From the NCBI GenBank assembly GCA_965223505.1, contig CBDCWP010000039.1, forward strand, positions 1 to 64,000: a stretch of DNA of 64,000 nt. The letters are read 5' to 3'. This DNA comes from Planctomycetota bacterium. Lineage in GTDB: Bacteria > Planctomycetota > PLA2 > JAEUHO01. A model generated the notes under the pieces. That model was given only the letters and a program-made list of their open reading frames with translations, was not told the origin of the DNA and made no database searches. Positions 9,853 through 18,979 of the stretch are shown one piece after another (within the stretch, counting starts at the first letter, position 1; each line of letters opens with the position of its first letter). The translations under genes were made by a program, and so were the position numbers.

Positions 9853-10584
9853 ATGCGGATCTTGATCTTCACGTGCATCGCGCTCGCGCTCGCGGGTTGC
9901 GCTGCGAATCAGTGCGACGACACGTCTTGCAATGCGTGCGACGACGACTGCAAACAACGCGGCTGGATCGGCGGTGATCTGAAAACGGTCGATCGTTGCG
10001 GCACGCTGCTGGGGCCGCGCCCCCCGTACTACGGCGAAGGCCGCGTGGTCGGGATTCCCAAGAGCGCGCGTGCGAACACGGGGTTGCTCGTCACGCGCGT
10101 TCCGTCACGCTCGCCGATGTCGCACGCGGGACTGGCCGAAGGCGACCTCATCCTGGCCGTCGACGGCAAGCCCGTCTCCGATCCGGTCGCGTTTCGCGAG
10201 TCGATCGAGGCGAGCAAGCCCGGGAGCGTCGTGCAGCTCGACGTTTGGAAACAGGACCGGCGCAGGCGCGTTCCGGTTCAGGTCGGGCGCGAGGTCTACA
10301 GGGACGCGACGCTCGTCGCCGTCGGGCTCGCCGCGAGTCCGCATCTCGACCTTTGGCCCTTCGACGGCAACTTCAACGTCTTCGGCCTCGTGTCGGCGCA
10401 CGACTCGGAGTACCGCGAGGATCTGGAGCGTCCCGAGAGCGAATATCTGCAGCAGAGCTTCCGGCGTAAGCCGGCGCGCCGTCCGCAGGAGAGCTGGCGC
10501 GTGACCGTCATTCCCTTCAGCGTCGGCGGCGAGAAGAACGTGGTTTCGCAGGAGGCCGTCACCGGACCGATTGCGGCGAGGTAG
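9853..10584 (+). CDS. PDZ-domain lipoprotein
   Basis: GGAGG RBS, lipobox LAGC, PDZ motif GLLVTRV...SPMSHAGLAEGDLILAVDGKPV. Confidence 0.8.
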   Translation: MRILIFTCIALALAGCAANQCDDTSCNACDDDCKQRGWIGGDLKTVDRCGTLLGPRPPYYGEGRVVGIPKSARANTGLLVTRVPSRSPMSHAGLAEGDLILAVDGKPVSDPVAFRESIEASKPGSVVQLDVWKQDRRRRVPVQVGREVYRDATLVAVGLAASPHLDLWPFDGNFNVFGLVSAHDSEYREDLERPESEYLQQSFRRKPARRPQESWRVTVIPFSVGGEKNVVSQEAVTGPIAAR

Positions 10585-10659
10585 ACGTCGCGCGCACTTA
10601 CGTGCATTTTGCGAATCGCTCCCGACGAGCCGGGTACAACGCCCTTCTCGGAGGGAACG

Positions 10660-11649
10660 ATGCGAATTCTGCTGCTGGTCGGCGCGGCGCTGCTCTGCGC
10701 CGCACTCTCGACGACGGCTTGCGCGGACGAACAGGGGCCGGACGCCGCGGAGCTGAAGTCCAACGTCCGCGTTTGGGAGGGCTACCTCTGGCGCAACCGG
10801 GAGGGCGTGCTGGAGATCGGCTGGCCGGTCATCGCGATGGGCGTCATGTCGCAGCCGGACCACGTCATTGCCGAACCGCTCGCGAAGAAGCTCGAACCGT
10901 TGGTCAGCAAGATCGCGGAGAGCTACGTCTTCTGGAACTACCGGCTCGAGGAACCGATCGAGAAGGCCCTGCCGAAGCTCCCGCGCATCCTGGTACGCGT
11001 GCAGGGCGAGATCGAGACCGAAGGTGACGACAGTCGGATCTTCGGCGGCAACCGCAAGCTCGTGAACGGCCGGTTGCTGACGGCGGAATTCGTCAGCGAC
11101 GAGTGGTTGAATCACTGGGGTGTCGTCTACCGTGAGGTCGAGTCGCCGTTCCGCATCCGTGAGCGGCCGCCGGGCGATCCCGTAGAGCAGATTCGCAGTG
11201 TCGCGCCGAAGATCCTCACGGGCCTGCGAAAGATGAAGGACTGCGCCGGGCCTTCGGAGGCGCAGCGCAAGCAGATCGCGTCGATCGACGAGGACGCCAA
11301 GGTCGTCGAGTGGTTCCGGCATCGCACGGAGTGGGACATCCAGCGCTGGCTCATCGACGTGAACGCGAAGCACAAGCTCGGGCTGGAGGATCTCGACACC
11401 CTCGGCGAGCTGCCGCCGACGAGCGCCGTCTTGCAGCGCTGGTTCCTGGATGCCGAGAGCCTCGCGGACCTCGTGAAGAAGCTCAAGGCGGAATGGGGCG
11501 GCGCGCTCGGCTCGTTGCGAATCCCGCACTACGTGAAGGACGGCGACCGCACCCGCTGGACCATCGCGAGCGCCGACGAGATCGCCGCGTGGACGGAGGC
11601 CCAGTTCCAGCAGCGCCGCAAGACCTCGCTCGAGATGCTCGTCAAGTGA
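10660..11649 (+). CDS. Hypothetical secreted protein
   Basis: GGAGGG RBS, signal peptide, strong GC3 bias; no recognised motif. Confidence 0.7.
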   Translation: MRILLLVGAALLCAALSTTACADEQGPDAAELKSNVRVWEGYLWRNREGVLEIGWPVIAMGVMSQPDHVIAEPLAKKLEPLVSKIAESYVFWNYRLEEPIEKALPKLPRILVRVQGEIETEGDDSRIFGGNRKLVNGRLLTAEFVSDEWLNHWGVVYREVESPFRIRERPPGDPVEQIRSVAPKILTGLRKMKDCAGPSEAQRKQIASIDEDAKVVEWFRHRTEWDIQRWLIDVNAKHKLGLEDLDTLGELPPTSAVLQRWFLDAESLADLVKKLKAEWGGALGSLRIPHYVKDGDRTRWTIASADEIAAWTEAQFQQRRKTSLEMLVK

Positions 11650-13067
11650 TCCGCAGCCTTTGCGTCGCCGCGATCGCCGGCGCGGTGGTGATGGCCCTCG
11701 AGATCCTGGCGAGCCGCTGGCTCTCGCCGGCGTACGGCTTCACGCTGACGACCTGGTCGTTGCTCATCGCGACGACGTTGCTGGCGGGCAGCCTCGGCGC
11801 GGCCTTCGGCGCCCTGTTCAGCCGCGGCGCGTCATGGGTGCGCGTGAAGGGGTTGTTGCTCGTCGCCGGTGTTTGGGCCGGGCTTTGTGCGTTCCTCGCG
11901 CCGTTCGCGGTCGACGCGTTCCTCGACCGTCCGGTGCTCGAGGGCGCGCTGCTGGCGACATTGATCATCCTGCCCGTTCCCGTGATCTGCCTCGGCGCCG
12001 TCGTTCCGCTACTCGGTCAACTGCGTGCCGGTGCGTCCGAGCCCGGCCGGCTCGTGGGACTGCTGATCGCCGCCTCCACCGTCGGCAGCCTCGTCGGTAC
12101 CCTCGCGACCGCGCTGTGGTCGATCCCCACGTTCGGGTTGCGCATGAGCGCCGTCTTCGCGTCGATGCTGCTCATCGGCCCCGGTGTTCTGCTCGAAGGC
12201 AAGCGCAGCAGCGTCGCCGGCGTCGCGGCCGGCGCCGCATTGGTCCTGGCCCACTTGTTGGCGCCGCATCCCGCCGATGACGTCGAGCTGACGCGCAACA
12301 CGCCGTACGGACGACTCACCATCGAGCGAACACCCTCCGGACGCGGCATCTTCGTCGACGGCATTGCCCAAGCGCGCGAGACCGCTCACGTTCGGGGGCC
12401 GGGGGCGTTGATCGTCGCGCGGCAGTACGTGGAGCTGCTCCCGTACATGCGCCCGTCGGGCCGCACGGCGCTCAACATCGGGCTCGGCACCGGGATCGTT
12501 CCGAGCGCCTTGGGTGCGTACGAGATCGACGTCGAGAGTGTCGACGTCAATCCGGTGCTCGTGGACGTCGTGCGGCAGCAGTTCGGGTTCGAGGGCATCG
12601 TCCACGTCGGCGACGGACGCGCCGTCTGGCGGCGGATGGACAGGCGCTTCGACTTCGTCGTGCTCGACGCGTTCCAAGGCGAGGTGTTGCCCGGCCACCT
12701 GGTCACGAGCGAGGCGTTTCAGGAGCTGCGCGAGCGACTCACCCCCAATGGGATCGTGTGCTTGCATCTCATCGGTCGGCCGCGACATGCGGTGACGAGC
12801 GCGCTCGCCAAGGCGATGGACGTGTTCGTCAACGTGCGCTGCGCGCAGTCCGGTCTCGGCGACGAGCTGCAGGATCTGTTCCTCTTCGCATCCGACGGCC
12901 CGCTGAACGTGCCGCCGGCGGAGGAGCTTCGGCGCGCGGGCTGGCTCGGCAACGAGTGGTTCGAGCCGCAGCTCGACGACGTCGCCTTGATCACCGACGA
13001 CCGAAACCCCATCGACGTGCTCAATGAGCCGTTGGGTCGCGAGGTGCGTCTCCGTTCGCGTCGGTAG
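11646..13067 (+). CDS. Fused membrane / spermidine-synthase-like SAM-binding protein
   Basis: GTG overlaps the upstream stop; TM N-half (MALEILASR, STVGSLVGT); IGLGTG, GDGR, VLDAF and ITDDRNP motifs. Confidence 0.85.
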   Translation: MIRSLCVAAIAGAVVMALEILASRWLSPAYGFTLTTWSLLIATTLLAGSLGAAFGALFSRGASWVRVKGLLLVAGVWAGLCAFLAPFAVDAFLDRPVLEGALLATLIILPVPVICLGAVVPLLGQLRAGASEPGRLVGLLIAASTVGSLVGTLATALWSIPTFGLRMSAVFASMLLIGPGVLLEGKRSSVAGVAAGAALVLAHLLAPHPADDVELTRNTPYGRLTIERTPSGRGIFVDGIAQARETAHVRGPGALIVARQYVELLPYMRPSGRTALNIGLGTGIVPSALGAYEIDVESVDVNPVLVDVVRQQFGFEGIVHVGDGRAVWRRMDRRFDFVVLDAFQGEVLPGHLVTSEAFQELRERLTPNGIVCLHLIGRPRHAVTSALAKAMDVFVNVRCAQSGLGDELQDLFLFASDGPLNVPPAEELRRAGWLGNEWFEPQLDDVALITDDRNPIDVLNEPLGREVRLRSRR

Positions 13068-14610
13068 GCGCGTCGACGATACCGATCCAGGGCACGGCGA
13101 ACAGCAACGCGCCGGCCAGCGCGTAGCCCAGCGCGGCTTCCGGCGCGACGTTGATGCCGAGCTCTAGCGACGTGTCCGTCTCCGTCCAACGCCATCCGTG
13201 CATGAGGCCGAAGAACGACATCGCGGCGCCGGCCCAACACCAGCACGCCGCGAGGCGGAAGCGCCGCTCGATGATGGCGACGGCGGCGGCGGCGAGCAGC
13301 ATCGCGGTGAAGATGCCGCCTTCGGCCAGGGAGAAGACGCCTTCGAAGTGCACACCGACCCTCTCGAGGGCGGGGCCCAAGCTCTCGTCGAACGTCGCGC
13401 CGGCGCTCGCCGCGCCGCGTTTCAGCATGAACGCCCCCCACGCGGCGACGCCCGGCAAGAGCCCGATCACGACGGCCGGCGCGTGTGCGCGCGGCGTCGC
13501 TTGGAACGCCTGCGCCGTGATGACGATCGAGATCCACAACACGATCGCCATGCCGGCCTCGATCGGGACGGCCCACGCGATCCACCCGACCGTGCCGGTC
13601 AGGCAGATGACCGTCATGAACGCGCCGTTGAGCCACGAGTAACCGAGCCGCGCGCCGAGCGCCTTCCAGCCGGGGTGGCCGATGTAGATCGTCGTGGGGA
13701 AACACGAGCCGAAGAGGGATCCGACGATGGTGCCGATGCCGTTCGCCGCCAGCGACGGACGCGTCGCGAACCGGTCGCCGGCCGCCTCGGCGCTGTCGAG
13801 GTTCTGCAGCGATCCGAGGAGGTTGAACAGTCCCATCGCGAAGATCACGGAGAAGTACTGCGGGACCGCGAACTGGAATGCGTCCCACAGATCGCCCGGC
13901 ACCGGCGTCGGCGCGTAGACGCCCACCGGCGCCTGCGGGTCCGCGCCGGGTGCCAGACCGGTGGCCCAGCAGATGGCGGCACCCAGCGCGACCGCCACGG
14001 CGCCGCCCGGGATGCCGCCACGAAAGCGCACGCCGCCGAAGTAGACGATGCACACGACGGCGAAGGTCGGCAGGCCGACCAACGGGTGCTCGAACGAACG
14101 AAACAGGAAGTCGAGCGAGATGAAGGTCAGCGCGATGCCGGACAGGGTGCTCAGCAACGCCGCGCGAGGGACGTAGCGCCGCAGCCGGTCGACGACGAAC
14201 GCGCCGAGCAGCTCGATCACGCCGGAGCCGAAGCAGGCGACCAAGCCCGCCTGCCATGCCATGCGCGCGGCGGTCTCGGCGTCATGTTCGACAGCAAGCT
14301 GCTGCTTCGCGGGCAGCATGACCAGGAAGACGAACACGAACAGACTGACGGTGTTGACGCCGTACGGAATGGCGCAGACGTCATGGCGGCTCTCGCGTCG
14401 CGCCAACCGCATGCCCTGCCAGGCGTAGAAGACGTTACCGACCAGCAAGCTCAAGCCGACCGCGGGGAGAATCGTCGCGAAGACGAGCGCGTCGGGGAAC
14501 TGCAGCACGCCCTTGCAGAGCGCGACGATCACCAGCAGCTGGATGAGATTGTCCAGCGCCAGGCCGAAGAAGCCGTCGAGGTCCCCGCGTACGAACCAGC
14601 GTGCGTGCAC
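13021..14610 (-). CDS. NCS2/AzgA-like nucleobase permease
   Basis: GDLDGFFGLALDNL, PYGVNTVS and FPTTIYIGHPGWKALGAR motifs; many TMs. Confidence 0.85.
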   Translation of the reverse strand: MHARWFVRGDLDGFFGLALDNLIQLLVIVALCKGVLQFPDALVFATILPAVGLSLLVGNVFYAWQGMRLARRESRHDVCAIPYGVNTVSLFVFVFLVMLPAKQQLAVEHDAETAARMAWQAGLVACFGSGVIELLGAFVVDRLRRYVPRAALLSTLSGIALTFISLDFLFRSFEHPLVGLPTFAVVCIVYFGGVRFRGGIPGGAVAVALGAAICWATGLAPGADPQAPVGVYAPTPVPGDLWDAFQFAVPQYFSVIFAMGLFNLLGSLQNLDSAEAAGDRFATRPSLAANGIGTIVGSLFGSCFPTTIYIGHPGWKALGARLGYSWLNGAFMTVICLTGTVGWIAWAVPIEAGMAIVLWISIVITAQAFQATPRAHAPAVVIGLLPGVAAWGAFMLKRGAASAGATFDESLGPALERVGVHFEGVFSLAEGGIFTAMLLAAAAVAIIERRFRLAACWCWAGAAMSFFGLMHGWRWTETDTSLELGINVAPEAALGYALAGALLFAVPWIGIVDAPTDANGDAPRDPTAH

Positions 14611-14661
14611 GCGCGGGACCTTATCAGAAGCGATGTCTTCGGGAACGAGCGCTTCTGCGGC

Positions 14662-15027
14662 CTACCGTCCGATCGAGAAGCAGCCGGGCACGCCGGCCGC
14701 GACGGGCACGCCTCAGGTGCCACCGGAACAGACGCTCTTCACCGCCGCTTGCGGATCGATGGCGCGCTCGACTGGAAGAACGATGCTGCGCGCCGGTTCC
14801 GGCCGCGCGGCGGCACGAATCGAGGTCGTCCTCGGCTTCGCGGCAACGGCGCGGGCGGGCGCCGGTGGTGCGAACGACGTCACGGGCTCGTTGTCGAAGA
14901 CGTGCGTGGTCGACGTGCGTGCGTGGGTGTCGTGCGCGACGGCGTCCGACGCCGCGGTCGACACGGACGTCGCACAGGCGGTGAATGCGGACGCCGCGAT
15001 GAACGTACCAATCCAGCGGATGATCAT
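14662..15027 (-). CDS. Small lipoprotein A, candidate selenoprotein (…VCSGGT-U-GVPVAAGVPGCFSIGR)
   Basis: ATG 15027, lipobox-like FTAC, Pro/Ala/Arg-rich linker, UGA at 14713-14715, then 16 codons to TAG that are conserved with the neighbouring gene. Confidence 0.72.
14680..14700 (-). promoter_or_regulatory. Candidate bacterial SECIS hairpin A
   Basis: GCGGCCGG-CGUGC-CCGGCUGC, an 8-bp stem starting 12 nt after the UGA, with GU in the loop. Confidence 0.65.
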
Positions 15028-15219
15028 GATCTTCTCTCGCAATTTTCGTGTTGTCGGTTCGCCGTCGAGGCGCGAATCGTCGAGGATTGGTGAGCTCGTT
15101 CTCGAGGTCACGTGCGCTCGCGTCAGGAGCATCCGCAAACGTGCGACTTGGACGACGCGGGCAGTCCCAATCCGTCGAACTTCGTCGGGGCCCTCATTCG
15201 GGCGACTCTCGTCGCGGTG

Positions 15220-15753
15220 CTAGTTGCGCGTGGTGAAGCAGTCGGGAACCCCGACCGCGCTCGGTACGCCTCAGGTCCCGCTTGGACAGCAGTCGCGGAA
15301 GAGATCCACGCGCATCGGCCGGCACGGGCGCGGCACGCACCGCGGCGGGGGCGGAGGCGCGACCCTGCGCGCGGCGGGCGGCGCGGTGCGGCGAAGCGGC
15401 TTCGCGCAGATCGTCGGTGCGCGGCGCGAGATGACGCGCGGCCCCGGCTCCGTGACCACCATCGAACCTGTGCGAACCAACGGCCTCGGCAGGTTGGACG
15501 ACGTCGCGGCGGTCGATCGTGCGCACGGCACGTGCCGGGTGACCGGAGCCGTGAGGGTGAGGCGGGACCCGTAACCGGTTACGCTCGGCGGCGGCAGCGC
15601 TTGCTTGCTGTTCGACGGCACTGCGATCGAGGTCTGCCCGGATGCCGTGTCCCACGTGCCGCGATTCCAGGTACCGTCGTCCACGACGGGCTGCGTCGCG
15701 CAGCCCATCAGAAATAGCGCCGCAACCATGGCGCCGGCCAGGCGAATGCCCAT
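15220..15753 (-). CDS. Small lipoprotein B, candidate selenoprotein (…DCCPSGT-U-GVPSAVGVPDCFTTRN)
   Basis: AAGGAAG RBS, ATG 15753, lipobox LMGC, Pro/Arg-rich linker, UGA at 15271-15273, then 16 codons to TAG. Confidence 0.72.
15238..15258 (-). promoter_or_regulatory. Candidate bacterial SECIS hairpin B
   Basis: GCGGUCGG-GGUUC-CCGACUGC, starting 12 nt after the UGA; a U-A pair replaces the C-G pair of hairpin A. Confidence 0.65.
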
Positions 15754-16132
15754 GCGTACTTCCTTCCGTGCCCGGCCGGTCCCTAGTCGACCAGGCGATC
15801 TCACGAGTCCCTCACGTTCTGTGAACGAGACCGGAATACGCATCGACCGTTTGCCCCCTCGGAGTTGAATCGTTCGGCCTTGTAACCGTCCACGTTCGCC
15901 TGAATGTCACCGCACGCCCGTGGTCTCGACCGACGGGCGCCGGCTGCCGACTCTCCGTGGGGTCGGCTGACCGGGCTCCTTCCTTGAACCGAACCGTCCG
16001 CTTCAAGTGCCTTGGGGACAGGGGCTTGTGGTCTCCGCGCGCCCCAACGAACCCCGCATCGGACGAAAAACCGCCGGCGCCGCGGAGGGTCGAGACGCCG
16101 GGCGGGCACTACATACTGGAGACCCTGAGAGC

Positions 16133-18019
16133 ATGAACCCGCCCCGCGCCCCGACCGCCGACCTGCTGATGGAGCACAGCGGCTTCCTGCGTGGGCTGGC
16201 CCGCAGTCTCGTGCGGGACGAGCAACAAGCCGAGGACGTCGTGCAGGAGACGTATCTCGCCGTGTTACGCAAGCCGCCGCCTCCGCACGTGCGGCTCAAG
16301 GCGTGGCTGGCCGGGATCGCGCGCAACCTCGCCTTGCGGACCGTGCGCCGCGAGACGCGGCTGAAGCAGCGCGAGCAGCGCGCTTCCGAGCGCGAATCGG
16401 CGTTGCCCTCGTCGGACGACGTCGTGGAGCGCCTGGAGATCCAGCAGCGACTGGCCGCCGCGGTCATGTCGCTCGACGAGCCGGGCCGCTCCGCCATCGT
16501 CTTCCGGTACTTCGACGGCCTGACGCCGACGCAGATCGCTACGCTGCTGAAGCAGCCGGTGCGCACGATCGAGACGCGACTTCGGCGCGCACGCCGGCGG
16601 CTACGCGCGTCCCTGGATACGAGCTACGGGAGCCGGGCGACGTGGCAGGCCGCGTTGGTGCCCGTTGCCGGCTTCGGGTTGGAGAGCGCCGCCGTCGGCA
16701 AGGCGGCTGGAACGCTGACGACGACGGGAACGAGCACCGCAACGGGTGCGGGCTCTGCCGTCGTCGCGGGAGTCATCATGAGTACCAAACTGATCGCCGG
16801 CGCCGCCGTCGTCGTTGCCGCCGCCGGCGCCTTCGTCGCGGGATGGCACTTGAGGCCGGCGCCCCAGGACACGACCTCCACGGCCGACGCGTCAGGCGTC
16901 GAGAACGAGGACGAGCCCGGGCTCGGGACCGACGCGATGCTGCTCGCCAACGTTCGAGCCGAGCTCGAGACGGAGCGGGAAGCGCACGGAGCGACGAAGT
17001 CCGAGATGGAGTCGCTCGCGACGCGCGTGAAGGAGCTCGAAGCGCAGGTGGCCGCAGCGGCGGCGGAAGGCGGCGGCACGCCCGAGAAGCTGAAGCCCGG
17101 TACGACGTGGTACACGCCGAACGAGCACGCGGAAGCGATCGAGGGCATCGACTGGAATCAAACGGGCGAGGCCATCGTCAAGTTGAACCCGCTGCTCGTG
17201 AAGCTGGCGGAAGCGCTCGAGGCGGGGAGGGAATTCAAAGAGCTCGCGGAGCTCTCGCGCTGGAACACGCCGCTGGCGGTCAACGCGCTGAACGCGTCGC
17301 GCAAGGGCGTGCCGGGCACCGGCGTCAACGGCGCGTTCACCCATCCGTCCATCATGGCGAACATGGTGCACGCCGCGCTCGTTCAGGGCGGCAAGCCGCT
17401 CGACGCGGGCCAGGAGAAGAACCTGCGCGCGATCGCGGACCGGTTCCTCGGCGCGGACGAGCATCGATTGCGCTCGTACGACGAGACGACCTTCGGGCTG
17501 AAGAAGCTCATCGACGAGGCGGCGCTCAAGGCGCGCCTGTTCGAGGACATCGACGCGTTGCTGACGGAGGAGCAGCGCGAGATCCTGCATCCGGCGTCCG
17601 TACGCGGCCGCTGCGGCATCGACCTCTTCTCGAGCGGGATCGTCTGGTACACGCTCTATCGACCGGCCCGATTCGACACGCCCGAGAAGCTCGCTTCGCA
17701 CCTGGCCTCGAACGTGATGACGCACTTCCAGCTCGCGGCCGAGCTCAGGCCGGTCGTGGACGAGCTCGCCGCGGACTACGCCGCTTCGTTCCCGTCCGGA
17801 TATCTGGATGCCGAGCCGGACCCGCTGACCAGGGCGCAGCTGACGAATCCCAGTGCGATCGGCCAGCTCTTCGTGCCCGTCGATCGGCCGCGCATCGCCG
17901 CGGAGCAACAGCTGGCTTTCTACACGGCGCTCCACGACCGTCTCCCTGCGGGATCACCCGCGGCGCACAAGGTGCGTGCCGAGGTCGGGTTCGTCCTGCC
18001 CGTGAAGTGGACGCCGTAG
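16133..18019 (+). CDS. ECF sigma-70 factor with TM and long C-terminal extension
   Basis: AEDVVQETYL, AWLAGIARN and region 4 (IATLLKQPVRTIETRLRRAR), followed by a TM helix, a coiled coil and a large extra domain. Confidence 0.85.
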   Translation: MNPPRAPTADLLMEHSGFLRGLARSLVRDEQQAEDVVQETYLAVLRKPPPPHVRLKAWLAGIARNLALRTVRRETRLKQREQRASERESALPSSDDVVERLEIQQRLAAAVMSLDEPGRSAIVFRYFDGLTPTQIATLLKQPVRTIETRLRRARRRLRASLDTSYGSRATWQAALVPVAGFGLESAAVGKAAGTLTTTGTSTATGAGSAVVAGVIMSTKLIAGAAVVVAAAGAFVAGWHLRPAPQDTTSTADASGVENEDEPGLGTDAMLLANVRAELETEREAHGATKSEMESLATRVKELEAQVAAAAAEGGGTPEKLKPGTTWYTPNEHAEAIEGIDWNQTGEAIVKLNPLLVKLAEALEAGREFKELAELSRWNTPLAVNALNASRKGVPGTGVNGAFTHPSIMANMVHAALVQGGKPLDAGQEKNLRAIADRFLGADEHRLRSYDETTFGLKKLIDEAALKARLFEDIDALLTEEQREILHPASVRGRCGIDLFSSGIVWYTLYRPARFDTPEKLASHLASNVMTHFQLAAELRPVVDELAADYAASFPSGYLDAEPDPLTRAQLTNPSAIGQLFVPVDRPRIAAEQQLAFYTALHDRLPAGSPAAHKVRAEVGFVLPVKWTP

Positions 18020-18026
18020 CCGCGCG

Positions 18027-18275
18027 CTACTTGAAGACGCCCAGCACCTTCAGGATGAAGATCAGGAGGACCGCGCCGCCGATCGCGACGAGCCAGCGGC
18101 CCAGTCCGTCCGTGGGGACGATCGAGAGCTTGGGCGCCAGCCAGCCCCCGAGCGCCGAGCCGGCGATCCCGACGACGACGTTCGCGACGAGGCCCTGCTG
18201 GGCGTCGGTCTTCATCAGCAGGCTGGCGAGCCACCCGATGATGCCGCCGATGACGATCATGATGAGGATGTCCAT
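18027..18275 (-). CDS. GlsB/YeaQ/YmgE (transglycosylase-associated) membrane protein
   Basis: IIGWLASLLM...NVVVGIAGSALGGWL...AIGGAVLLI. Confidence 0.92.
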   Translation of the reverse strand: MDILIMIVIGGIIGWLASLLMKTDAQQGLVANVVVGIAGSALGGWLAPKLSIVPTDGLGRWLVAIGGAVLLIFILKVLGVFK

Positions 18276-18457
18276 CGCGGCAGGCTAGGGAAGGCGTCCC
18301 GCCCCGTCAATTCGGCTGTCCAGGTCCGAGTGCCCCGCGATTTGCGAGAAGGGGGCCCAGGCCCGAGACGGCCTCATAATCGGGGTGTGCCCATGCGGCG
18401 CTGCGGATCCTTACGCAGCGCCGGCGGCAGGATCCCGCAGCACACGAGGAGTACGGC

Positions 18458-18979
18458 ATGCGAGACCCGTTCGAAGAGCTGATGACCGAGCACGACATCA
18501 TTCTCAAGGTGCTGAAGGCCATCGAGGCGGCCGGCAGCCAGGACGTCGGGATCGGCTTCTACGAGAAGGTCGTCGACTTCGTCGTGAAGTTCGCCGACGG
18601 ATGCCATCACGGCAAGGAGGAGAACCACCTCTTTCCGATGCTCGAGAAGAGCGGGATCCCGCGCCACATGGGGCCGATCGGCGTCATGTGGGAGGAGCAC
18701 GAGACCGGACGCGCCCTCGTCAAGACCATGTCGGACGCCGTCGCCGCCGGCGACATCGACGTGCTTCGTCGCGAGTCGCTGGCCTACGCGGTGCTCATGC
18801 AGGAGCACATCATGAAGGAGAACGAGGTGCTCTTCCCCATGGGCCGCGGCATGATCTCGCCCGAGGACCTGCAGACGGTTCGCGACGGCTTCGACACCGT
18901 CGAGACGCCGGGGGTATGCCACAAGCACTACGGGGAGATCGCGGACGACCTCCTCGAGCAGGTCGAGGTCGCCGTGTGA
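18458..18979 (+). CDS. Hemerythrin (HHE) domain protein
   Basis: EH, HHGKEENHLFP, EHE and HIMKENEVLFP motifs; GAGGAG RBS. Confidence 0.9.
   Translation: MRDPFEELMTEHDIILKVLKAIEAAGSQDVGIGFYEKVVDFVVKFADGCHHGKEENHLFPMLEKSGIPRHMGPIGVMWEEHETGRALVKTMSDAVAAGDIDVLRRESLAYAVLMQEHIMKENEVLFPMGRGMISPEDLQTVRDGFDTVETPGVCHKHYGEIADDLLEQVEVAV

Noticed and set aside
14662..15753. RiPP precursor interpretation of the two short genes
   Set aside because: They have lipoprotein signals and no adjacent maturase; the UGA plus hairpin fits Sec insertion better.
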